In this document: positions 50,100-57,558 of the stretch, one piece after another
Layout: the number at the start of each line of letters is the position of its first letter
Position numbering within the stretch: the stretch's first letter is position 1
Source: an uncultured Solirubrobacteraceae bacterium
GTDB taxonomy: Bacteria > Actinomycetota > Thermoleophilia > Solirubrobacterales > Solirubrobacteraceae
Assembly: GCA_963830345.1 (NCBI GenBank)
Contig: CAWHLZ010000004.1
Coordinates: 1,362,590-1,426,589, forward strand
Direction of reading: 5' to 3'
DNA length: 64,000 nucleotides
Notes under the pieces: model-generated
The model's input: only the letters and a program-made list of their open reading frames with translations
Told to the model about the DNA's origin: nothing
The model's database searches: none
Translations under genes and position numbers: made by a program

Positions 50100-50876
50100 T
50101 CAAACGTACGCGTTCAACTCTAGCTTTTCTTCGCTTTTCACGGTAGAGGTGATGATCTGATCAGCCTGATCAAACCCTTTGCCAGCGAAGTCCGCTTCGA
50201 GGACATCCTTTACTTTTTTCCCGTTTTCTTCATAGTATTCAAGTCCCTGGAAACCATGTTTGCCCTTGTACTTCAGCGTAACCGTTTCGCTCATTTTATC
50301 CACAGGCACATTCACAAGGATCGAACCACGCACCGCCACCGTCAACGAAGCACCACACGTGAATTCAATGAACTTTTCCGCGCCGCCGCTCGGATACAGA
50401 TCCAACGCTGCCTTGTGTTCTTTTTCCTTTTCCCACACAACACGGCCTTCTAGCGGCACTGTTTCCAATTCGCCTTCTTTCAAGCCAACTGTCGTGCAGA
50501 TAAACGGCGTGACTTTGCATCCTTTGAACGTGACGCGCACGTTCGCTACTTCTTTCGTGCCGACATATTCCCCGGTGCTGGTCTCAGTTTCGCAGCCAAC
50601 CTGGTATTTACCGACTTCTTCTAGCACTGCTTTACCACCCGTACTCGTCTGGAATTTCTTCACCACGCCCGGATGCCATTCATATTTACCAGTTTTGGTT
50701 TCGCTTTTCGTCGTGCAACCCGAATTCGTGAATTCACCACTATAAACTTTGCCCACCTTAGGAGCCTTTTCGCACCTGCCATATTCCGGCGCCTGCGCCG
50801 ACGCACTCGCCACTCCGACTACGCCGACCACAAACGCGACGGCGAGGCACACGCCCAAAAATCTCAAACGTTTCAT
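50100..50876 (-). CDS. C1: 258-aa secreted, Lys/Glu/Thr-rich protein with six Cys; family unknown
   Basis: Signal peptide MKRLRFLGVCLAVAFVVGVVGVASASA|QA. Close paralogue C2. G+C is visibly lower than in the core genes. Confidence 0.85.
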   Translation of the reverse strand: MKRLRFLGVCLAVAFVVGVVGVASASAQAPEYGRCEKAPKVGKVYSGEFTNSGCTTKSETKTGKYEWHPGVVKKFQTSTGGKAVLEEVGKYQVGCETETSTGEYVGTKEVANVRVTFKGCKVTPFICTTVGLKEGELETVPLEGRVVWEKEKEHKAALDLYPSGGAEKFIEFTCGASLTVAVRGSILVNVPVDKMSETVTLKYKGKHGFQGLEYYEENGKKVKDVLEADFAGKGFDQADQIITSTVKSEEKLELNAYV

Positions 50877-51083
50877 CTCAACGCTATCCCTTCTACCCTC
50901 GATATAGATTAGCCATCAACCAACTCAACGCAACCAAACGTCGTGATGAGCCACGCGTCGCCAGCCACCAAGCCGGATGTCCTGCGATGACGGGACCCCG
51001 CGCTCAAACTCGAGACACGGGATCCCGCCGCAAACGACCCTAGGAACCTACCCTAGAGCCCAGCTCCAGCATTGAGTTCTAGA

Positions 51084-52001
51084 TCACACTTCTCCGTTTT
51101 CGAACTTTTCTCTAATGAAGTGAGCGTTGGCCGTATACAGATTGCCCTGTAGAATTGTAATTCCGTGCTGGCCGGGCAGTTCGAGTACTTTGTTGATCGC
51201 GGCATCGACATACGCTTCATCTTCGCCACTACCACACCCGTTTGCGTCGCTTCCTGCTTCGACGGGCCAGCCGAGATCAACTAGCCTGCTTTCGGCGAGC
51301 TCAATCGTCAAGAATTCGTAGCCCTCCGAGAATTTGCCTACCGCACCCGGGTCTTCCGACGTCAGATCCTGCCATACTGGGCTTGTTTCAGAGCCTATCT
51401 CACACGGTCCGCCACCCAGTTTTTCGACCCATGAGTTTATCATTCTGACCTTTAGCGGCAACTTGAATGCAGTACCTTTTCCTTCGATGATGTTTTCGGT
51501 GTTGAGTGCACCAGGCGTTTCACTGATCAGATTGCCACCCGCCAGTTCAATTTTGACGTTCAGGCTGGTTTCTTTGTTCTTCTTGGCTTCCTTGAAGCTC
51601 TGCTTCAAAGATTCCGGCCAACCCGCTTCTTCCTGATCCCGAGTGGTGATCAAACCCAATCCACCTTGAACCTTTAGTTCAGGAGCTTCCAGCGTCTGGT
51701 AGCCGTTGGCCGCCCCGATGACCGTCAATTCCCCTTCTGTACCTATAAACCCGCCCTGAAGGACGATCGGCTTGTTGAGCTTCACCACCACGTTACCTAG
51801 CTGGAAAAAGCCGCCCTTGCTGCCACCGGCGGTCACTCCGGCGAAGCAGTCGTTGATCTCTGTGTTGCTAACTGGACAGCCTTTGTATTGGGTGAGGCTT
51901 TCAACTGTATATCCGCTCTTCGCCAGCGCCGGCATCGCGGCCACTGCGCTCACCGCGAAAGCGGCAACCAGACAGAGGCCCAGTATCCTTACATGTCTCA
52001 C
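51084..52001 (-). CDS. D1: 305-aa secreted protein with four Cys; family unknown
   Basis: Signal peptide MRHVRILGLCLVAAFAVSAVAAMPALA|KS. GTG start with AAGGAG 11 nt upstream. Diverged paralogue D2. Low G+C. Confidence 0.85.
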   Translation of the reverse strand: MRHVRILGLCLVAAFAVSAVAAMPALAKSGYTVESLTQYKGCPVSNTEINDCFAGVTAGGSKGGFFQLGNVVVKLNKPIVLQGGFIGTEGELTVIGAANGYQTLEAPELKVQGGLGLITTRDQEEAGWPESLKQSFKEAKKNKETSLNVKIELAGGNLISETPGALNTENIIEGKGTAFKLPLKVRMINSWVEKLGGGPCEIGSETSPVWQDLTSEDPGAVGKFSEGYEFLTIELAESRLVDLGWPVEAGSDANGCGSGEDEAYVDAAINKVLELPGQHGITILQGNLYTANAHFIREKFENGEV

Positions 52002-52170
52002 GTCTCCATCACTCCTTTATCTTCTTTAGTAATAATCGATCGACGCCCGAGCTCTCCTCCTAGAGACGCCCCGACATCGCCCGTTTTCAACAGCGCGCCC
52101 CGCCGAGACCAACGGCCTCCGCACGAATGCGCACTCGTCGTCGGTGTGGACACCGACGGACGCTTGTAAG

Positions 52171-52209
52171 TGGCTGACTTGCCCGTCGCCTGGCTGACTT
52201 GCCCGTCGC
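52171..52209. repeat. Perfect 19-bp direct repeat x2 with a 1-nt spacer, in the R1-D1 intergenic region
   Basis: tggctgacttgcccgtcgc at 52171-52189 and again at 52191-52209. Confidence 0.85.
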
Positions 52210-52286
52210 GCGCGGCCCGCTGCCGTACCCGCCAGCAGCGCTGCGCTTCGCCAGCTCTGTACGCCGATCGGCCAGCTTGCAGCTCA

Positions 52287-53162
52287 TCACGCGGCCTGCC
52301 TGACCCTCGCGCGGGCTGGCCGCTCAGGCACCACAGCGCCACCGGAATCGAGCAACTCGAGTACACGCTGCCCGCACTGCGTCAACAGCCAAGCATTCTC
52401 TCGCCGCGAGCCATTGCGAGGCGTAACCTTCTCGATCAAACCCCGCCGCGCGAGCCGACGCAGCAAATGCGACGTCTGACCCTCATCCGCAAGACCCGCC
52501 GCCTCAGCCACCTCACGATTACTCAAACGCGGCGCACAAGCAATCACACGCAACACCAGCGCCGCACGATAAGTAAACGGCACCGGAGCAACAACCTCAC
52601 ACCCACCAGACCCCACAGACACCCGCCCTGCAGCCACAGAACTCCCCGCCGGCTGCACACTCGCGGCGGCCTGCCCCAGATATGGCACCACGATAAACGA
52701 CATCAACGACGGCGCCAACTCCACCAACGACCCACCACCCTGCTCGAGCATCCGCGCACGAATCACAGAAAACACACCACCGACAACCAGCTCACCAACC
52801 AGCGTCGTAGACAGCGCCAGATCCCCACCCACAATTCCCCTACCACGCCTACCCTGCCCATCATTCAACAGCTCACCCAGCACCCCCTGCACACGCTCCA
52901 CACACCCACGCGCCGCCATCTCCGCCTCGAACGCCTCGACAACCAGCAGACGACCCCACCGCGGCTCGTCCTCAAGAAACCCAAGCAACGCCACCAACCC
53001 CGCACGCGTACGACCCAACCAGTACTCCTCACGCCCAACCGCCTCCAACACCACCGCACAAAGCCGCCCCAACCCCTCCTCAAACGCCGCCAAGAAGCAA
53101 GCCTCGACACTCTCAAAGACCTCATAAAACACAGCCTCCGACACACCCGCAACAGCGACCAC
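52287..53162 (-). CDS. R1: regulator with a TetR-type ligand-binding region plus a C-terminal winged-helix HTH; it lacks HTH helix 1 and a promoter in the present DNA orientation
   Basis: It opens VVAVAGVSEAVFYEVFESVEACFLAAFEEG, i.e. inside the TetR HTH. Only 15 sense codons separate the GTG from an upstream in-frame TGA. The C-terminus is YRAALVLRVIACAPRLSNREVAEAAGLADEGQTSHLLRRLARRGLIEKV...ENAWLLTQCGQRVLELL (MarR/ArsR-like wHTH). Confidence 0.7.
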   Translation of the reverse strand: MVAVAGVSEAVFYEVFESVEACFLAAFEEGLGRLCAVVLEAVGREEYWLGRTRAGLVALLGFLEDEPRWGRLLVVEAFEAEMAARGCVERVQGVLGELLNDGQGRRGRGIVGGDLALSTTLVGELVVGGVFSVIRARMLEQGGGSLVELAPSLMSFIVVPYLGQAAASVQPAGSSVAAGRVSVGSGGCEVVAPVPFTYRAALVLRVIACAPRLSNREVAEAAGLADEGQTSHLLRRLARRGLIEKVTPRNGSRRENAWLLTQCGQRVLELLDSGGAVVPERPARARVRQAA

Positions 53163-53165
53163 CGA

Positions 53166-53195
53166 CTCGGCTAGACGGGGGTCACTGCCGTGTGC
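53166..53195. repeat. Left arm of a 30-bp inverted repeat (IRL)
   Basis: ctcggctagacgggggtcactgccgtgtgc. Its reverse complement matches 53526-53555 at 28/30 positions. It encodes AHGSDPRLAE on the minus strand. Confidence 0.85.
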
Positions 53196-53283
53196 GCCGT
53201 GCGACCATCAGACCTCGGGGGGTGTCCACGCGCCGTGACTATGGGCTTGGACGTTGGATCTCACGCTTGCGCCGACGGATGTC

Positions 53284-53312
53284 TTGACAAATTTGTCTGG
53301 GTATGTTCTCAT
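53284..53312 (+). promoter_or_regulatory. Sigma-70-like promoter inside the IR-bracketed segment
   Basis: TTGACA (53284-53289), a 17-nt spacer, then TCTCAT (53307-53312), with TG at -15/-14. It sits in an A/T-rich patch in an otherwise GC-rich region, about 45 nt upstream of the ATG at 53358. Confidence 0.35.
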
Positions 53313-53357
53313 TCTCCCCACATGCGGACCTGCGGATGCAGGCGAGGGGAAGGGACG

Positions 53358-53582
53358 ATGGAGGGAAGCAGAGCGGGCATCATGGACGGCAAGACCCAGA
53401 TCAGGTGGACCCTCGGGTCCTCCCACGACACCCAGCGCTCACGCCCAAGACGCGCAACCACGGGCGCTAGCGAGCAAACCGAGTCCCTCCGCGCCAAGCT
53501 CATCGCCGCGACCGTCGAGGTCCTCGCCCACGGCAGTAACCCCCGTCTAGCCGAGACGGCGCACACACGCATAGCCCCGTAG
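53358..53582 (+). other. Detached 5' coding segment of a TetR-type regulator (HTH helix 1), on the opposite strand from R1
   Basis: ATG preceded by GGGGAAGGGA. It reads MEGSRAGIMDGKTQ...SEQTESLRAKLIAATVEVLAHGSNPRLAE, then runs out of the IR into TAHTRIAP*. Helix 1 is of TetR type (RxKIxxAAxxLxAxxG). Confidence 0.6.
53526..53555. repeat. Right arm of the 30-bp inverted repeat (IRR)
   Basis: gcccacggcagtaacccccgtctagccgag; it encodes AHGSNPRLAE on the plus strand. Confidence 0.85.
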
Positions 53583-53979
53583 CTGCTGGGCTTGCCGCGG
53601 TCTCCCCGCGATCTTCCCGCAGCATGCCCTCTTCCTGCGGTACGCCGGCTAGCTACATCGACGATTCGATAGCGTAACGGCGTATCCAGCCTACCTGACG
53701 GCTGCCTACCCGACGGCGATCATCTTCGTCGTTCTTCGTGATGGCGATCGTCTTCGCCGAAGGGAACTCGGCGGTGTCCTTCAGCTCGATGGCGTGCGGC
53801 CCATTCACGGCGGCGGCAACCCCTTGGTGGGACTGCCGATGCACAGCGGGCGAGCCAGCTGGCTCTGCTCGAATCGAGTGGCTCGACGAACTGGCCCAGC
53901 AGTTGGGCGCCGCTAGCCTCCTTCAGCCCGTCAGTCGCGACCTGCCCGCCAATCGTGACCGCTCGCAGGCGTTGGGTTT

Positions 53980-56900
53980 CTATTGCCTGTCCTTGGCCTT
54001 GGTGGTTGTGTGGGCTGGTTTTTTGACGGGGTGTTTTTTGTGGGCTTGGTGTTCGCAGATGAGGCGCTTGTGCTTGTTCTTGTCTTTGCGGCAGGCTTTG
54101 AGGGCTTTAGCGAGGCGTTGTGTGTTGGTGAGCCTGGTGCTGGCGTGGATATGGCAGCCGGTGATAGCGACGTTCGTGGTCTGCTGGAGCATGTCGCCGT
54201 TTTGGGCGGTGATGCTAACCGGGAGCTGAAGACTAGTCTTGCAGAGACTGAAGTCTTCTTTTTCCGAGACATTCGGGGTAAACACAGAATCCGGGCCGGC
54301 CGGGAGTTCCGTTTCAAAACTCGTGAATGATGCGTCAGGCACCGATTCCAGATGCGAGTAAGTGATCCCGTTCTTGATGTTCGTCTTAGCATCCACGACG
54401 ATCGTGATCCCTTCACCCTGCAACACAAACTCCAGATCCGGGAATTCCGCACCACCATGAGAAACGAGATACGCCGGGCCGATCAGCGGGCTCTCCAAGA
54501 CCGGAGTATGCACAATCGCATGACCAATCACCGAGGCCGCGTCACACGAGGCAGGGTTCGCGTTGAATGCCCGTTCGGTGCACGCCTTCTGCAGCGTACT
54601 GAGCCGCGAGGACAGGGCTTTGGGGATCTGGATCGCGAGCTTCGCGATATTCGCCTGCCCGATCCCCGCCGAGGTGACCTTGATATTCAAGTTCGTACCA
54701 TTGGCTTTACTGCCCTGCCCCACCGCCGAGGCCGTCAACTTCGGCGCAAACGGCAGGCTCTGGCAGTTGGTGACCTGAAACGGCGAGGACACCGGGATAC
54801 TGGCGCCCTGACCGCCGGTGAGGGTGCCGGTGATACTCATCGGACTGCAGCTGGTGGGGTTGAACGTGAACTGCGGCCGATCGACCAGCACATCGATCTG
54901 TTTGAGCTGGGCCGGGACACCCTTCACGAACATGGGGAACGGATCGCTTTCGATCGTGACCGCAGCCGTCGCGGGGTTCACGTTGATCCTCGAACGGACA
55001 TCCACATCACCGAGGTCAAACGGTCCCGCGACCGCGGGGGTGACCACCAACAGCCCAAACGGCGCACCGTCATACCCCACCGTCAGGTAGGCCTCACCGG
55101 GTAGCGTCACAGGTTCTCCACCCAGCCCGGCGGTCGCGGTGGACTGCCCAACCAGGCTTTCCGGGCCACACGCCCACTCCCCGCCAGCGGGGGGTTCCGG
55201 ACACGGCGTCAAACCCGCCAGAACCGCCGCCACACCATCAGGCAGATGCAATGCCAGGGACTTCAGGGGCTGTTGGCCATCAGGCCGGTTGATCGTCAAC
55301 GTAAACGACGTGAACCCCCCGGCCTGCAGACTCGTAGAACCCGCCAGGAAAGACGGCGCGAACACCAACGGGCTGGGTGGACAGGGCCCGCCACCCACAC
55401 CGGTGGCAATCTGGAACGGCGGTTCGCTTGTCGGGTTGCTGGTGGTGTTGGTCCAGGCCGTGAATGAGCTTGTCGTGGTGTAGCTCCCACACGCTGGGGG
55501 GGTACTCAGCGCCCCGCGGGGGCCACCAAAGAACTGCAGCCGCAGTTCTTCGAAAGGGACCTGCGGCGTATCCAGAAAACTCGTCGTGAGCTGGCCTGTC
55601 TGTTCATCCAGGCGCCCTTCACCGGCGAGCTTGACACGCACACCCAAACGCGAACTTTCCGCCACGACATACATCGCCACCAGCGAGTTGAACGGGTTCG
55701 CCCCCGGTTCCCCATTCGGGGCAGGGGCCGCGAGATACACCCAGCCCTGCAGTTCTTCCCCCAACAAGGGGGTCTTGATCCGCACACTGCCGAGCTTCGA
55801 CGCTTCCGGACACGCTGCTTTTTCGGTTGAGAACCGCAGGGGCTCACTAGCGCCTGGCGCTAGGGGATCCACGCCGGGGTTGCCGAGATACCCGATCTGT
55901 GCCTGGGAGCAGGCCTGCAGCCCGTTCGCGGCAGACGGGTTCAACAACAGCCCTTCGGGTAGCGTCACCGTCGTGCTGCGAACGTCTGCGTCTCCCAACG
56001 CGCCTTCGCTGAGGGTGCCCTGCTGAGCGACGCGCACAACAACACCAAGACCCGTCGGGGTACTCGCCTCCTCCACCCGTTCCCCCGCATGCCCTGCTTC
56101 AGAGGGCTGTTCGGATGGCTGTTCGGGCGCCACCGTCAACGACGGGGCGAACGGCAGCACCCCACAGCCTTCCAAGGCTTCCAGTGGCCCACCGGCCTGG
56201 TTTTCAAGCGTGAACTGGCTCTGCAGTTGATCCCCGGTCCACGAATCCCCTTCCATACTCGTGCTCAACTGGCCGGTGCAGGCGGTCGGGAGCGTCAAAA
56301 ACGGGATCCCGGAGCGGTCTTTGAGGGTTTCGCAGGTTTCCCCCGGGTTCCGTTCGATACCTTCTCGCAGACACGCCCAGCCACGTGAGGCGTCATGACT
56401 CTGGCTATCAGGCTGCCCCCAGAACGTGATCTGCGCCGCGAGGATCTGCGCCGCCGCGGTCGTGTTGCTCGTGCTGACCGTCACGCCATAGTCCCCGCCG
56501 GAGCGCACAGCGGTATCGAGGATCACCGGGACGGCGTCTGCGACGAACCCGAAGCTCGCGGGCTCACCCTGCGCCGGTTCCAGGTTGAACACCGGCACAG
56601 CGAGCGTGATATGCCCCGCCCTACTCGGTTCCAACAAACTCACGACCGCAACCCCAACCGCCGAGCCCCCAGGGCAGAGGTTCCCGACGTCGAACGCGGA
56701 GAAGTCCGAGGCCGAGCACTCTTCGGTGGCCTGCACGTTCCCCAGCAGGCCCGGCGGGAGGCTGAAACTCAGGTCCTTCGTCAACGCCGGGGCAGCCGGC
56801 TCAAGCTCGACAGGTTCTCCGGGCTCCTGGACTTCTTCGAGGATCTCGTTGAAATCAACCGTACTCGTCAACTGAAACGGATGCGAACCCGCCTGCCCAT

Positions 56901-57558
56901 CAACCCCACCCCCTTCATCTTCCGGGATGATCCTGTAGCCACCTTCTTCAACCCCAAACGGCACCGGCTGCCCACTGACCCGCACCATCCTGGTCAGCGA
57001 CTGACCCGAGACGCTGCCGCCGCCTTCGGCTTCCCCGCCCGTGACACTGGCCTGATCAGACAACACGGTCACGGTGCCCGTGGGCTCTCCCACACGGATC
57101 GGGATTTCCATTTCCAACCGTTCATACGGCGGGATCGCGAGCAACGTACTACAGCTCACTTCCTGCCCCACCACCGAGCATTTCCAGTCCGCTGCTCGTT
57201 CCTGGGCGTTGCCCTGCCCAACCCGCGCCCGGTGCGGGTTCACCGCCCCCGCTTCGGTCACGGTGAGCCCTGCGGGTAGGACGTCCTTGATCGTGACTTC
57301 GCTCACCGCGCCGGTGATGCCCGTATCGCCCATGTCATCCGCGGCGACGTCGATCACGCCTTCCCCACCCGGCGCCAAGAACGTCGGCGCGGCTCGTGCT
57401 GAGAGCCCCCACCACGCACCCGCAAACGCCGACGGCACACACACCAACACACCCACCAGCACACCCACCAACACCACCAGAACCCGCGCTCTGCTAGCCC
57501 CGACCGGCCGGTGTGGTCTCGGACTCTCCTGGATACGCCGCCTGGCGTGCATGCTCAC
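53980..57558 (-). CDS. A2: about 1192-aa paralogue of A1
   Basis: The N-terminal ~480 aa are almost identical to A1, while the C-terminal part is clearly diverged. It has the same signal peptide, and its GTG start overlaps the B2 stop by 4 nt (57555-57558) as in A1/B1. It ends ...RLAKALKACRKDKNKHKRLICEHQAHKKH.... Confidence 0.88.
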   Translation of the reverse strand: MSMHARRRIQESPRPHRPVGASRARVLVVLVGVLVGVLVCVPSAFAGAWWGLSARAAPTFLAPGGEGVIDVAADDMGDTGITGAVSEVTIKDVLPAGLTVTEAGAVNPHRARVGQGNAQERAADWKCSVVGQEVSCSTLLAIPPYERLEMEIPIRVGEPTGTVTVLSDQASVTGGEAEGGGSVSGQSLTRMVRVSGQPVPFGVEEGGYRIIPEDEGGGVDGQAGSHPFQLTSTVDFNEILEEVQEPGEPVELEPAAPALTKDLSFSLPPGLLGNVQATEECSASDFSAFDVGNLCPGGSAVGVAVVSLLEPSRAGHITLAVPVFNLEPAQGEPASFGFVADAVPVILDTAVRSGGDYGVTVSTSNTTAAAQILAAQITFWGQPDSQSHDASRGWACLREGIERNPGETCETLKDRSGIPFLTLPTACTGQLSTSMEGDSWTGDQLQSQFTLENQAGGPLEALEGCGVLPFAPSLTVAPEQPSEQPSEAGHAGERVEEASTPTGLGVVVRVAQQGTLSEGALGDADVRSTTVTLPEGLLLNPSAANGLQACSQAQIGYLGNPGVDPLAPGASEPLRFSTEKAACPEASKLGSVRIKTPLLGEELQGWVYLAAPAPNGEPGANPFNSLVAMYVVAESSRLGVRVKLAGEGRLDEQTGQLTTSFLDTPQVPFEELRLQFFGGPRGALSTPPACGSYTTTSSFTAWTNTTSNPTSEPPFQIATGVGGGPCPPSPLVFAPSFLAGSTSLQAGGFTSFTLTINRPDGQQPLKSLALHLPDGVAAVLAGLTPCPEPPAGGEWACGPESLVGQSTATAGLGGEPVTLPGEAYLTVGYDGAPFGLLVVTPAVAGPFDLGDVDVRSRINVNPATAAVTIESDPFPMFVKGVPAQLKQIDVLVDRPQFTFNPTSCSPMSITGTLTGGQGASIPVSSPFQVTNCQSLPFAPKLTASAVGQGSKANGTNLNIKVTSAGIGQANIAKLAIQIPKALSSRLSTLQKACTERAFNANPASCDAASVIGHAIVHTPVLESPLIGPAYLVSHGGAEFPDLEFVLQGEGITIVVDAKTNIKNGITYSHLESVPDASFTSFETELPAGPDSVFTPNVSEKEDFSLCKTSLQLPVSITAQNGDMLQQTTNVAITGCHIHASTRLTNTQRLAKALKACRKDKNKHKRLICEHQAHKKHPVKKPAHTTTKAKDRQ

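Larger units (their letters stand above)
42512..53162 (-). repeat. Cassette copy 1 of a tandemly duplicated five-gene unit (A1-B1-C1-D1-R1 in coordinate order)
   Basis: Same gene order, spacing and sequence relatedness as 53980-64000. The proteins can be aligned by eye end to end. Confidence 0.9.

Noticed and set aside
50800-52001. C and D as lipoproteins
   Set aside because: The Cys residues in the signal peptides sit in LGVC and LGLC contexts, which do not fit the lipobox [LVI][ASTVI][GAS]C. Clear AxA signal-peptidase I sites follow.
52170-53174. 334-aa plus-strand ORF antisense to R1; also the His/Thr/Pro-rich plus-strand ORFs 49645..50160 and 60936..61541
   Set aside because: Their composition (Thr/Arg/Pro/Gln/His runs) is a mirror image of the real minus-strand genes. 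The minus-strand frames are conserved between cassette copies.
53190-53582. The full 130-aa plus-strand ORF as a genuine gene
   Set aside because: Only the part from ATG 53358 has an RBS and protein-like sequence (TetR helix 1). The upstream 56 codons are Cys/Gly/Arg-rich and span the putative promoter. The ORF ends 8 codons after leaving the inverted repeat.
53583-53979. About 400 bp between the detached R1 5' segment and the A2 stop, including ORF 53653..53844 (-, 63 aa) and ORF 53738..54229 (+)
   Set aside because: These ORFs are short, have no motif and have no counterpart at the equivalent position left of copy 1. I treat the region as the non-coding junction of the duplication, although a decayed gene remnant cannot be excluded.
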